Shown: positions 11,111 through 21,813, counted from the first letter of the stretch. The stretch: DNA of 64,000 bases from an uncultured delta proteobacterium (GCA_963735595.1 CAVTLK010000004.1:224001-288000); one strand, 5' to 3'. Numbers and translations: made by a program. The notes: generated by a model not told the origin, from the sequence alone.

Positions 11111-11881
11111 ATGGCGACAATAGCGACAATCGGCTCGATCGAGCGGGTACTGGACGGAAGGGTTGGCAAGGCCATCGCCCGATACGATATGATCAGGCCG
11201 GCAGACCGAATTATGGTGGCGCTTTCGGGGGGAAAGGACAGCTGGTCGCTCCTTTTTACCCTGCGAAGGCTCTCCCAAAAGGCGCCCGTCTCCTATCGGA
11301 TCCTGGCCGTACACGTGGACGCGGGGTACCCCGGCTGCGAGACAGGCCCGATGGAGGATTTCCTTGGCCGCCACGGCTTTGAGTACGAGATTATAAGGAC
11401 GGGCATCTTCGGCCTGATTCCGCAGAAGACTTCACCAAAGGATAATCCCTGCTACTTCTGCTCCCGGATGCGCCGGGGGGCGCTCTATGCCAGGGGCAGG
11501 AGGGGAGACATTACCACGATCGCCCTCGGCCATCATCAGGAAGACCTGATGGAAAGCCTCCTGATGAACCTCTTCTTCGTGGGCCAGATAAGGGCGATGG
11601 GACCCAACTTTGTTACCGAGGACGGAAAAAACAGGGTGATCCGGCCCCTGTGCCTGACCGAGGAGCGGCTCACCTCCCGTTACGCCCGGGCGATGAATTT
11701 TCCCATGATGGGTGGGTGCCCGTTTTACGGGCGCGGTTCAACGAACCGCAGGCGGATGCGCGACCTGATACATCAGGTGGAGCAGGTCTACCCCCGGACC
11801 AAGAAGAGCCTGCTTCGGGCGATGGGAAACGTCGATCCGGTCCACCTCCTGGACAGCCGCCTTACGAGGAAGGACCCATGA
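11111..11881 (+). CDS. ttcA: tRNA 2-thiocytidine biosynthesis protein
   Basis: PP-loop SGGKDS, CYFCSRMRRG, LGHHQED, VIRPL. Confidence 0.85.
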   Translation: MATIATIGSIERVLDGRVGKAIARYDMIRPADRIMVALSGGKDSWSLLFTLRRLSQKAPVSYRILAVHVDAGYPGCETGPMEDFLGRHGFEYEIIRTGIFGLIPQKTSPKDNPCYFCSRMRRGALYARGRRGDITTIALGHHQEDLMESLLMNLFFVGQIRAMGPNFVTEDGKNRVIRPLCLTEERLTSRYARAMNFPMMGGCPFYGRGSTNRRRMRDLIHQVEQVYPRTKKSLLRAMGNVDPVHLLDSRLTRKDP

Positions 11882-12489
11882 AGACCATAGACGTCATCGG
11901 GGACCCGGCGGCGGGTATCGACGAGGCGGTGGCGGCCCTTCGGGGCGGCGGGGTCATCGTCTACCCCACCGACACCCTGTACGGGTTCGGGGTGGACGCG
12001 CGCAACGGCCGGGCAGTGCGCCGGCTGCGTGAAATCAAGGGGCGATCACGGGGGCTGGTCTTCTCGGTGATGCTGCCCACCGTCGAAGATCTCGTGGCTT
12101 TTGTCACGGTCGATATCGCGCTCGTCGGCGTCCTGAAGGTACTGCCCGGACCCTACACGTTTATATTCCCGTCCAAGGTGAGGCTGCCGGACGGCGTCAT
12201 CGGCAAGGGACGGGGGCTCGGCGTCAGAATCCCGGATCACCCCGTGGCCCTGGCGATTGCCGGAGGATTCGGGGGGCCGGTCATCACCACCAGCGTCAAC
12301 CGGACGGGGGACACTCCGCTCACGGACCCATCGGAGATCAAGACGGCATTCGACCGCGAGGTCGACCTAATGTTGGACGCGGGGCCGATAAGGGGCCACG
12401 CCTCCACGGTCGTCTCGTTCATGGACAGGCGGGCCGAGGTCGTCAGGCACGGCGCCGGGCCGGTCGATTTTCTCGAAAAACTCCTATAA
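11878..12489 (+). CDS. tsaC: L-threonylcarbamoyladenylate synthase (Sua5/YrdC)
   Basis: YPTDTLYG, IKGR, PGPYT, VRIPDHP, TSVN, STVV; overlaps the ttcA stop (ATGA). Confidence 0.88.
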   Translation: MKTIDVIGDPAAGIDEAVAALRGGGVIVYPTDTLYGFGVDARNGRAVRRLREIKGRSRGLVFSVMLPTVEDLVAFVTVDIALVGVLKVLPGPYTFIFPSKVRLPDGVIGKGRGLGVRIPDHPVALAIAGGFGGPVITTSVNRTGDTPLTDPSEIKTAFDREVDLMLDAGPIRGHASTVVSFMDRRAEVVRHGAGPVDFLEKLL

Positions 12490-12510
12490 TCCTCACCACC
12501 GGGGGTACTG

Positions 12511-13920
12511 ATGAATAACCATCCTGACCTGGACCGCATGCTTTCATGGGCGCGCGACCTCTATGACCTTGGAGGAAAGCGCCCCGGCAGCATCGCCGGC
12601 GCCCATGCCGAGAACTATCTCTTCGGTGTCATGAAGGGTTTCGGGATACCGGACGTGAGGCGAGAGCCGGTCGATTTCGTAAGCTGGCACGCCGACCAAA
12701 CCTACTGTACGGTCTCGTGTGGCGGCCGGTCGGCGAGTTTTTCCGCCGAGCCGATCACCTACACCGCCTTTACCGACCCGGCCGGCCTCGGTGCCCCGAT
12801 CGTCGATCTTGGGTCGGGATCTCCTGACGACATGGACAGGGTCGACGTCAAGGGGAAGATCGTCGTCGTCTCCTATTCCCACGGCTACATAGAGTATGAG
12901 CTGTTGCGGACGGTCGGGCACTACCTCCACGACCCCGGCGATACCCTTTCGGGCAAAGGCCAGGTGATGAGCTGGGTGACAGAGGAAGAACAGCGGGTCT
13001 ATCAGGCGGCGGTGGATCGGGGGGCGGCCGGCTTTATCGGCGTCTACCCCCTCGATATTACCCCGTACCTCTGTTTCGAGGGGGGAAACGCGTTCACGGG
13101 CACGGTCGGCCCTATCCCGGGCATCGGGCTGAGGAGCTCGGACGGCAAGCGATTGATATCCCTCTTGAAAAAAGGCGCGGCCGAAGGGACCCTCCTCCTC
13201 ACGGGAGAGACCCGAAGCGCCCGCATGCACAACATCGTGGGCATCATACCCGGCAAGAGCGACCGCGTGATTCAGGTTACCTCGCATCACGATTCCATGT
13301 GGCCGGGAGCCACCGAAGACGCGGCAGGGGTGGCGGTGGTGCTGGAGCTGGCGCGCCGGGCGGCCCGAAACTGGGCCGACCGTAAGCCGGAACTGACGCT
13401 CGCGTTTGTCCTCGAGGCGGCCGAGTGCCTGTTTGTCCTCGGCTCGCGGGCCCACATCGCGCGGCACCGGGACGGCCTCATCAAGAACCTCGTGGCCGAC
13501 CTCCACATCGAGCACCTGGCGTTGGAATACGTACAGGACGAGACGGGAGTGCTTGTTGCCACCGGCGAGATCCAGGCCAGGGCGCTGTTCGTTACGGATA
13601 CCGGGCCGCTTGTCGAGATCGCCCGTAAGGCGGTGATCGCCAATAACCTGAGACGAACGATCCTCATGCCGACCAACACGCCTCTCGGGGTGCCGACCGA
13701 CGCCTCGGCCTACAACCGGGCGGGCCTGCCGGTAATCAGCTTCATCTCACCGCCGCCCTACTGGAACGGGATTGAGGATACGTGGGAAAAGATCGCGGTC
13801 GACCAGCTGCTGCCTACCGCGGCGGCCTACGGGGAGATGATCGAGGCCATCATGGCCGCAGACCCCGATGCGATCAGGAAGGCCGGCCAGCCTGGTGACG
13901 GGTATATCTTGAAACGCTGA
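12511..13920 (+). CDS. M28-family peptidase-like protein with a PA domain
   Basis: DVKGKIVV PA domain; SHHDS, EDAAGVA and TDASAY segments. Confidence 0.7.
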   Translation: MNNHPDLDRMLSWARDLYDLGGKRPGSIAGAHAENYLFGVMKGFGIPDVRREPVDFVSWHADQTYCTVSCGGRSASFSAEPITYTAFTDPAGLGAPIVDLGSGSPDDMDRVDVKGKIVVVSYSHGYIEYELLRTVGHYLHDPGDTLSGKGQVMSWVTEEEQRVYQAAVDRGAAGFIGVYPLDITPYLCFEGGNAFTGTVGPIPGIGLRSSDGKRLISLLKKGAAEGTLLLTGETRSARMHNIVGIIPGKSDRVIQVTSHHDSMWPGATEDAAGVAVVLELARRAARNWADRKPELTLAFVLEAAECLFVLGSRAHIARHRDGLIKNLVADLHIEHLALEYVQDETGVLVATGEIQARALFVTDTGPLVEIARKAVIANNLRRTILMPTNTPLGVPTDASAYNRAGLPVISFISPPPYWNGIEDTWEKIAVDQLLPTAAAYGEMIEAIMAADPDAIRKAGQPGDGYILKR

Positions 13921-13989
13921 CGTGCGGCCTGAAACGATGACGGACGGCCTGAAACGATGACGCACGGCCTGAAACGGTGACGCACGAGG
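13910..13989 (+). repeat. Four tandem 20-bp repeats (TGAAACG.TGACG..CGGCC)
   Basis: Units start at 13910, 13930, 13950 and 13970 with no spacers. Confidence 0.9.
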
Positions 13990-14093
13990 CTGTCCGTAAA
14001 CAGGGCAACGTCAGAGATGCCGCCGGGGGCGGCCGGTCCGAGCGACCTTTTCTCGTTTACCACCATGCTACCACCATGCGGAGGGATAGGTAT

Positions 14094-15533
14094 ATGGTCC
14101 TGTCGTATGATATCGTCGTTATCATCCTCTATTTCAGCGTTCTGCTGCTGATCGGCTACGCGACAAGTAAGCGGATCAAGGGAACCGAGGACTATACGAT
14201 CGCGGGGCGCAACCTTGGCTATCCGGCGCTCCTCGGCGCCCTGATCGGGACCGCAATCGGCGCGGCCTCAACCATCGGCAAGGCCGGGAAGGCCTACGAG
14301 GTCGGTATCGCGCTCTTCTTTGCGACCCTGGCCTACGGGATCGGGCTCTTTATTTTCGGCTTTATCGCGCCGATAATCAGAAAGATGGAAATCTGGACGA
14401 TCCCTGACGCACTGGTGCTGCGCTACGGGAGCGCCATGCGGATTATCGTCGCTTTCGTCATGATCTTTGCGGTCGTGGCGATCTTCGGCGGCCAGCTCAT
14501 CGCTACGGGACTGGCGGTCCAGGCGATCTTCGGCAATTTGGGGATCACCTATACCGAAGGGATCCTCTTCGCCGGTATCATCATGATCGCCTATACGATC
14601 ATGGGGGGGCTGCTGGCGGTGGCCTATACCGACCTCTTCCAGACGATCATCATGATCATCGGCGTGGCGATACTGCTGCCTCTATTCGTGACCCATGAAG
14701 TTGGGGGGACGGCAAAGGCGTGGGAGATACTCCAGCCGGTCCCGGGCAACTTCTGGGGGGGGCTGACGATTCCCTTTATCATCTCGATCTTCCTGATCGA
14801 TATCCCCTTCTGCCTGATCGACCCCTCGTTGTGGCAGCGGGCCTCGGCGGCGCGGGATCAGTCACGGATCAAGAAGAGCATGTTCATCACCAGCGGGATT
14901 TATATTTTTTGGAGTTTCATAGCGGTCTTTTTAGGGGTGATGGCGGCCTATCTCTTCCCCGGCCTCGCGGAAAGCGCCGGCGGCACCGATTCGGCCATAC
15001 CCGCCGAGATCATGGCCTTCATACCGGTGGGCCTGAAGGGATTTCTCCTGGCGGCGCTTATGGCGGTCATGATGTCAACGGCCTCCACCGCCCTGCTTAT
15101 ATCGGGCACGACGTTCGCCCACGACATCGTGCGGGCCTATCGGCCGTCGCTTCCGGATAAAAAGCTGCTCATGATCGCCCGCGGCTTTATCCTTGTTATC
15201 GGTATCCTCGGCGTGATATTCGCCCTCAACATGAAGGGGATCTTCGAGATCCTGCTCCTGGCCTTTGCTATATTCGTCTCGGGGATATTCGTTCCGACAA
15301 TGGCGGCCATCTTTTGGAAGAAGGCGACCACGAAGGGAGCGATCGTGTCGTCGATAGCGGCCTCGGTCGTGGTGGTTGCCCTGTACGGCCTTAAGCTCTC
15401 GGGCAGTCTCCCGACCTGGATCGAGCCGATCATCGCCAGTATCGTGGTGAGCTTCGTCCTGATGGTTGGAGTGAGCGTTTTTACCTACGACCCGAAGACG
15501 GCGACGCCACGGTTCCTGGACAGGGTGAAATAG
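14094..15533 (+). CDS. Sodium:solute symporter family protein
   Basis: DYTIAGR, YTIMGGLLAVAYTD, WQR and AVMMST motifs; many TM helices. Confidence 0.9.
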   Translation: MVLSYDIVVIILYFSVLLLIGYATSKRIKGTEDYTIAGRNLGYPALLGALIGTAIGAASTIGKAGKAYEVGIALFFATLAYGIGLFIFGFIAPIIRKMEIWTIPDALVLRYGSAMRIIVAFVMIFAVVAIFGGQLIATGLAVQAIFGNLGITYTEGILFAGIIMIAYTIMGGLLAVAYTDLFQTIIMIIGVAILLPLFVTHEVGGTAKAWEILQPVPGNFWGGLTIPFIISIFLIDIPFCLIDPSLWQRASAARDQSRIKKSMFITSGIYIFWSFIAVFLGVMAAYLFPGLAESAGGTDSAIPAEIMAFIPVGLKGFLLAALMAVMMSTASTALLISGTTFAHDIVRAYRPSLPDKKLLMIARGFILVIGILGVIFALNMKGIFEILLLAFAIFVSGIFVPTMAAIFWKKATTKGAIVSSIAASVVVVALYGLKLSGSLPTWIEPIIASIVVSFVLMVGVSVFTYDPKTATPRFLDRVK

Positions 15534-15705
15534 CGGCGTAACGGGCCGTGCCGTCTCGAGCAGGCCGTTGGGGACTCCGGCCGTGACGCAAAAAAACGGC
15601 GAAGTGAACGCCGCCGTGTATTGGAAGGGGATACGATCCCTCGTTGACTACCCGCAGTAGCAAATCCGGCGGATGGTAAATTCGGTATCGTTTCTCCTTA
15701 GCTGT

Positions 15706-15969
15706 TTAACCCTTAAACGTAAACTCGATCTCTTTCTCCATCTCGTCGATGAATTCAAGGGTCGCCTTGAAATATTCGAGGGTGCCGGGCTCGGCTCCCT
15801 TGACGGCTTCGAGCTTCTTAATCTCTTCCTCTTCCTTAACCTCGGGGCTGGTGAGGTGGATATAAATCCTATCCCTCAGCGCCGAATCGTCGCACTGTAT
15901 CGAGAGAGCACCTTCCGCAAACGATATCTCTCCGATCTTGGCGCCGTTTTTGATAATCTCGGCCTTCAT
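15706..15969 (-). CDS. Hypothetical protein
   Basis: 87-aa acidic ORF with a GGAGG RBS and typical codon bias. Confidence 0.6.
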   Translation of the reverse strand: MKAEIIKNGAKIGEISFAEGALSIQCDDSALRDRIYIHLTSPEVKEEEEIKKLEAVKGAEPGTLEYFKATLEFIDEMEKEIEFTFKG

Positions 15970-16124
15970 GGCATCCGGCCTCCCCGGCCGTTATAGGGTC
16001 GCCCCTCTGATTATACCTTTCACGCACACTAACTATATCACGGTCGATACGGCCAATACAAGCGGAATCGCTACCGATTTTCCCGCCGTTCAAGACGCGT
16101 TTTCCTGGGGAAATCCCGGGACTA

Positions 16125-16457
16125 TTACAGGAACCGTACCGAGCAGTAGGTTTCCTTCTTTTCGATCATCCCGATGATGGCGCGCCTCGTGTCCCAGTCG
16201 TCTTCCACGGGCGTCACCTCCGAGACCGGCAGGCCGGAGTCGTCCGTGCGGTATTTATACCGAACGAGCCAGCCCGGCACAACCGCGAACCTCCCCCCGC
16301 CCATGCCACAGCACGAGGTGTCTACCACCGCGTGTCCCAGTATATAGAGGACTTCCCGGCCGTCCAGGGTAATCCGCTCGTCTTTTTCGGATACGTAGTG
16401 ACCGCCGATGGCGGTTACCTCTTCATTGAGGGCCGGATGAACGTAGTCTTTTGTCAT
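16125..16457 (-). CDS. Hypothetical protein (DTSCCG motif)
   Basis: 110-aa ORF with a GGGAG RBS. Confidence 0.7.
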   Translation of the reverse strand: MTKDYVHPALNEEVTAIGGHYVSEKDERITLDGREVLYILGHAVVDTSCCGMGGGRFAVVPGWLVRYKYRTDDSGLPVSEVTPVEDDWDTRRAIIGMIEKKETYCSVRFL

Positions 16458-16709
16458 GGTCAGTCGCTCCCGTTCCGACAGGCATTATGAAAAAGAACTC
16501 CTATACTATAAAAATAGCAGCGGCCGGGCGATTTGTCAAGACGCGGTCGCTGTTCGGGATGGGCCGCCCGTACGATATAGCCCGATCAGCCGATTTGTAC
16601 CTATAACGCGGCGACAATATTAATAACTTATAAGTTGACAGATAAACTATACTCTAATAAAGTGTGGATAGTTAAACTTTATGAAAATCATGATGTGAGG
16701 TGCAAGGGC

Positions 16710-18219
16710 ATGAATGTACGGGAATATCTCGCGCGGGCGGCGTCGGAATCCGGCGATAAGACCGCTCTTGTTTTTGAACAGACACGGTTAACCTTTTCGG
16801 ATCTCCTGCGCCGGGCCGATGCGCTGGCGGCCTTTTTCGCGGATCGGGGTGTTCAGAAGGGCACAAAGATCGTCTGTTACCTCCCCAATATCCCCGAGTT
16901 CGTCGACGTGTACCTGGCGGTCCTTTCGCTGGGGGCTATCCTGGCGCCGGTCGACTTTCGTCTCAAGCCCGAGGAGGTGGCCGAGATCGTCACGGACTGC
17001 CGGCCGTTGTTCGTCGTCTCCACGACCGCGATGGGCGGCGGGCTCAAAAAGGACGATTTTGTTAAAGACATCATCTATACCGATGGAACGTCGCTCGTCG
17101 AGCACGCGGACTATCAGGCGATCATCTCAGAGACGGGGAAAACGCCCCCCCGGGTGACGATCGACGATGAGGACGAGGCGCTGTTCCTCTATACCTCCGG
17201 CAGCACCGGAAGGCCCAAGGGGGTGATCCTCATGGCCCGCCAGCTTGACCTCTTCCCGACCCAGATGCGCGACACCTTCCCGGAAATCTTCGGTCCGGAC
17301 ATACCGTTCGGGGTGATCCTGCCGATGTCGCACATCTCGGGGCCGATCCTGATCAATATGCTGCTCTATGTACGGAGCACGCTGGTCATATTTCCCGGGT
17401 GGCGGCCCGACGTCGTCTGGAAGACGGTGGAAAAGGAGCGGGTCGCCTTCTTTCACGGGGTGCCCCCGATCTTTCAGATGCTGCTGGCCGATCCGAACCT
17501 CGGCTCGTACGACCTGTCGTGCCTCAGGCTCATGGCGATGATGGGAATGAGCGTCCCCAAGACGCTCCTGGAGACCTACCAGGAGAGGTTCCCGCAGGCG
17601 GCGATAACCCAGGGCTTCGGGCTGACCGAGACATCCCCGATCCTCACGTTTCTGGCCGGCCGGGATTCGAAGCGCAAGCTCGGCTCGGTGGGACTTCCGG
17701 TAAAAGACGCCGAGATCAAGATCGTCGACGAAAACGGGAAGGAACTGCCGCGGGACACGGCGGGCGATATCATCGCCCGCGGCCCGATGATCATGAAGGG
17801 CTACTACAACCAGCCCGAGGAGACGGCCCGCGTAATCAGGGACGGGTGGTTCCGGACGGGAGACCTGGGCGTGTTCGACGATGAGGGGTACCTCTACCAC
17901 ATGGGGCGCAGCAAGGACATCATCATCACGGGGGGTCTTAACGTATTCCCGGCGGAGGTGGAAAACGTACTGCTGCGCCACGCGGACGTCATGGAGGCCG
18001 CCGTGGTCGGGGCCGCCGACGAAAAGCGGGGCGAAGTGCTCGATGGCCTTTGTCGTCCAGCGGGACGGGGTTCCCCTGAATGAGAAGGAGCTGCTCAAGC
18101 ACTGCCGGGAACGCCTGGCGGACTTCAAGGTGCCCAAGCGGATCATGGCCATCGACAAGATCCCGCTGCTTTCCAACGGCAAGGTGGACAAGGTCACGCT
18201 GAGACAGATGGGCTCATAG
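16710..18219 (+). CDS. AMP-binding acyl-CoA synthetase (frameshift near 18045)
   Basis: YTSGSTGRPKG, GFGLTE and TGDLG. The C-terminus FKVPKRI...NGKVDK is in the shifted frame. Confidence 0.88.
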
Positions 18220-18241
18220 TCCGGTTCAAACCCATACGTCC

Positions 18242-18270
18242 GGGGGGAGGTATATACCTCCCCCCTTTTC
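18242..18270 (+). terminator. Rho-independent terminator
   Basis: GGGGGGAGG-TATATA-CCTCCCCCC followed by TTTT. Confidence 0.7.
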
Positions 18271-18438
18271 TTCCGCGCGAAGAAGGTCCGATCTTTCCAC
18301 CAACATATCATATACGAAAAATCGTCCTTTCCAAACCGTCGGTTTCACTATATAATGAGATACTTTTCACGGCGGCGGGTCGGCCTGAAAGCGTCGGCAT
18401 AGTGCTTTATATTCGGTATCTTTCTTTTCTCAGCTATC

Positions 18439-20205
18439 ATGGCAAAAGAACGGATACATAAACAGATCAGCCTGAAGGGAATCGGTGTTTCCCCCGGCAT
18501 AGCCATGGGAACCGCGGAGCTCTACCATAACGAGCTTGAGGGCATCACCGTCTACCCCATCGGGAAGGAGGCGGTCGCCGGTGAGCTCGGGCGCTACGGC
18601 GATGCGCTCGACAGGGTTGCGGACCACCTGGCCGAATCTGCCAGGATCGTTACGGAGAAGATCGGGGCGACCGAGGCGGGGATCTTCGATGTCCAGATCG
18701 CGCTGCTGACCGGCACCCTCTTTAAAAAGACGATCCCGGCGGCAATCCGAAGGGATCTCATCAACGTTGAGGCGGTCCTCCAGAAAAGCCTCAGCGATTT
18801 CAGCACCCCTCCCTCAGGGCCGCACGCCGAGGAGATGAGAAAGAGGCAGCAGGACATCAAAGACCTTCACCGGCAGATCATACACCTCCTAGTGAAGAAA
18901 AACCCCCAGTGCATCATCCTTTACGACACCGTTATCCTGACGGCCCGGGAATTCCTCCCCTCCGACATGACCCTGTTTCCGCCGGGACAGGTCCTGGGGC
19001 TCATCGCCGAGATGGGGGGCACGAACTCCCACACCGCCATCATGGCGCGCTCCTCCGGGATTCCGGCCGTCATGGGGGTCGAGAAGGCGTCTTCCTTTAT
19101 CACGAACGGTGATTTCATCATCGTCGACGGCTCAACCGGGGACGTCGTGGTCAATCCCGATTCCGAGCAGCAGGAGCACTATAACGAAAAGGTCAGCAGG
19201 GAGCGGGAGATCCAGGATCGAATGGAGACGCTCATTGACCTCCCGTCGGAGACCGCCGATCACCAGCCGGTGACGCTCATGGCCAATATCAGCCGGTTTG
19301 AGGACGTCAGCCAGGCCAGGCGCAACGGCGCCGTGGGGATCGGGCTGTTCCGAACGGAGATACCGTTCTTGATGGGCGAGCACTTCATCTCCGAAGAAGA
19401 GCAGTATCTCCTCTACCGAAAGGTGATCACCGGGATGGGGGAACACCCCGTAACCATCAGGACGCTGGACCTCGGGGGAGATAAGGTCCTCACGCAGGAT
19501 ATCTTCAACCGGGAGGCCAATCCCTTTTTGGGGCTCAGGTCCATCCGTTTCTCGCTGCGTTATCGCGAAATCTTCATCACCCAGCTCAAAGCCATCCTGC
19601 GGGCGTCGGCGTTCGGGCGGGTGAAGATCCTCTTTCCAATGGTGACGGCGATTGACGAACTGGCGACGATCACCGAGATATACGGAAACGTTCGGGAGCA
19701 GGTAGCCCGGCAGGGAGTCAAGCCCCTCGTCGAGCCGCTTTTGGGCGTCATGATAGAGGTCCCGTCGTCGGCCCTCATGGCCGAGAGCTTCCTGGACAGG
19801 GTCGATTTTGCCAGCATCGGCACCAACGACCTGATCCAGTACACGCTGGCGGTCGACCGGGGCAACCGGCTGGTGTCGGAGCTCTACAGCCCCTATAACC
19901 CGGCCGTCCTCAAGCTTATCGAGATGACGGCCAAGGCCGGGAGGACGACGGGAAAAGAGGTGAGCGTCTGCGGAGAGATGGCCTCCGACCCGGTCTCGGC
20001 CATCCTGCTGCTCGGCATGGGGATAACCGTCCTTTCGATGGAGCCCCGGCACCTGCTTTCGATCAAGGATATTATCATATCGGTACGCAAAGACGCTGCG
20101 GCCCGTGCCGCCCGGCAAGCCCTCTCGATGAAGACGGCCCGGGAGGTGCGGGAGTTCATCGTCGAGCGGTTTGCGCTGTTTCGCGAAACGGCGCCGCCGG
20201 TATAG
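18439..20205 (+). CDS. ptsI: Phosphoenolpyruvate-protein phosphotransferase (PTS enzyme I)
   Basis: SHTAIMAR phospho-His, GLFRTE, RTLDLGGDK, NPFLGLR, SIGTNDL, CGEMA. Confidence 0.92.
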   Translation: MAKERIHKQISLKGIGVSPGIAMGTAELYHNELEGITVYPIGKEAVAGELGRYGDALDRVADHLAESARIVTEKIGATEAGIFDVQIALLTGTLFKKTIPAAIRRDLINVEAVLQKSLSDFSTPPSGPHAEEMRKRQQDIKDLHRQIIHLLVKKNPQCIILYDTVILTAREFLPSDMTLFPPGQVLGLIAEMGGTNSHTAIMARSSGIPAVMGVEKASSFITNGDFIIVDGSTGDVVVNPDSEQQEHYNEKVSREREIQDRMETLIDLPSETADHQPVTLMANISRFEDVSQARRNGAVGIGLFRTEIPFLMGEHFISEEEQYLLYRKVITGMGEHPVTIRTLDLGGDKVLTQDIFNREANPFLGLRSIRFSLRYREIFITQLKAILRASAFGRVKILFPMVTAIDELATITEIYGNVREQVARQGVKPLVEPLLGVMIEVPSSALMAESFLDRVDFASIGTNDLIQYTLAVDRGNRLVSELYSPYNPAVLKLIEMTAKAGRTTGKEVSVCGEMASDPVSAILLLGMGITVLSMEPRHLLSIKDIIISVRKDAAARAARQALSMKTAREVREFIVERFALFRETAPPV

Positions 20206-20228
20206 GTGCCGACGGACGGAGACGGAAA

Positions 20229-20260
20229 AAAGGCCGCGGGAATCGATCCCCGCGGCCTTT
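20229..20260. terminator. Bidirectional terminator between convergent genes
   Basis: AAAGGCCGCGGG...CCCGCGGCCTTT. Confidence 0.7.
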
Positions 20261-20326
20261 GTCGTTCTGCTCCCTTTTATCAGCCGGACGTTAAAAAGCG
20301 TGTCGCGCGATCTTCGGCGGGCCCGA

Positions 20327-21631
20327 TCAGGACAAGAGCCCCGCCTCCGTAGCCTCTTTCTCTAACTGGTCGCGAAAATCGGGATGGGCGATCTTGAGCA
20401 TCTCTTTAACGCGCTTGGGTACGCTCTTAAGCCAGAGGTCGGCCACGCCCCATTCGGTGACGATGTAGCGCACGTCGGAGCGGGGAGTCGTGACGATCGT
20501 CCCCGGTTTGAAGGCCGATACGATCTTGGAGATCCTCCCCGTCTTGGTGTCGGCGGTTGATGCCGTGGCGAGAAAGGCCATTCCCCCCCTGGATGCGTTG
20601 GCGCCCCGGGTAAAATCAAGCTGGCCGCCGGTGCCGCTGTACATGGCGTGCCCGATCGATTCGGAGGCGCACTGCCCGGTGAGGTCGGCGGTCATGATGT
20701 TGTTGATGGCCACCATCGTGTCGTTCCGGGAGATGTTAAAGACGTTGTTAACGTCGTAGATCGGCTGGAATTCGAAGGCCGGGTTGTCGTTTATGAAGTC
20801 GTAGAGCTCTTTGTTCCCGATCGCAAAGCCGCAGACGATTTTATCGGGGTGGAAGGTTTTTTTAAGGCCAGTAACGACCCCCTTCTGTGCCAGTCGCATC
20901 AGGCCGTTGGTGAACATCTCGGTATGAACGCCGAGGTCCTTCTTATTGTCCAGGAGGCTCACCACCGCGTCGGAGACAGCCCCGATCCCGCACTGGATAG
21001 TGGCTCCGTCCGGGATCCGTTCGGCGATGTTGGCGGCGATCTTGCGCTCCACGTCGGATATGGGTATCTCCGGGATCAACGGCAGCGGGTGATCGTTTTC
21101 GATAATATAGCTGACCTTGCTCACGTGGATGACCGACTGGCTTCCGTGGACGCGGGGCGTCTCCTTGTTGACCTGGACGATGATGGTTTTTGCCCGCTTG
21201 CAGCAGATGTCGTTGTTATAGACCCCCACCGGCCCGAAGCTCATGTAGCCGCGCTCGTCCGGCCGCGAGACCTCGCAAATGAAAACATTGGGATCTACGG
21301 CGACCGAAACCTGGTCGGCAAGGGAGAAGTGGTAGGACATCGGCTCCACGTTGCCGACCCGTAGAAATGCCCGCTCCATGGGGCCGACAAAGAGCGAAAC
21401 GAAGTTGATATGCCCCTTGAATTCGGCCTTGAACAGCTCGTAGGGATACATGGAAATGCCGGACGTCAGGGTCACGTCCTTGAGCTCGTCCTTTCTCTTG
21501 CACAGGGCGTTGACGACGTCGATCGGCTGGCTCGATCCGCCGGGCATGCCGACGCGATCGCCCGATTTGATGACGGAAACCGCCTTTTCGGCGCTCACGA
21601 GTTTCTTCTTGTAGTCTTCCTGCCAGTCCAT
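20327..21631 (-). CDS. Acetyl-CoA hydrolase/transferase family (4-hydroxybutyrate CoA-transferase-like)
   Basis: GIGA, LGVHTEM, SGTGGQLDF, VTEWG, IAHPDFR. Confidence 0.9.
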   Translation of the reverse strand: MDWQEDYKKKLVSAEKAVSVIKSGDRVGMPGGSSQPIDVVNALCKRKDELKDVTLTSGISMYPYELFKAEFKGHINFVSLFVGPMERAFLRVGNVEPMSYHFSLADQVSVAVDPNVFICEVSRPDERGYMSFGPVGVYNNDICCKRAKTIIVQVNKETPRVHGSQSVIHVSKVSYIIENDHPLPLIPEIPISDVERKIAANIAERIPDGATIQCGIGAVSDAVVSLLDNKKDLGVHTEMFTNGLMRLAQKGVVTGLKKTFHPDKIVCGFAIGNKELYDFINDNPAFEFQPIYDVNNVFNISRNDTMVAINNIMTADLTGQCASESIGHAMYSGTGGQLDFTRGANASRGGMAFLATASTADTKTGRISKIVSAFKPGTIVTTPRSDVRYIVTEWGVADLWLKSVPKRVKEMLKIAHPDFRDQLEKEATEAGLLS

Positions 21632-21762
21632 ATGTGTATCCTCCTGTGGGTGATGATGTGTAGCGGTTTGATTGACAATATAGTATACACGAGGGGGCGA
21701 GGGTTTACAAGCTAATTAGAAATCCCGCCATGGTGCGTTCCGGTTTGTAGGGGTAAATGAGA

Positions 21763-21785
21763 GGGGCGGCGCGGGCGCCGCCCCG
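21763..21785. repeat. 23-bp GC hairpin, copy 1 (identical at 22927-22949)
   Basis: GGGGCGGCGCGGGCGCCGCCCCG just downstream of the BKACE gene. Confidence 0.8.
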
Positions 21786-21813
21786 GAACTCAAACAGTCG
21801 TTCTTATTCGTGC

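Noticed and set aside
13910..13989. Possible CRISPR array
   Set aside because: The units are contiguous 20-mers without spacers, and no cas genes are present.
18219..18240. GGTTCAAACCC as a tRNA T-loop
   Set aside because: No cloverleaf can be built; the adjacent hairpin is a terminator.
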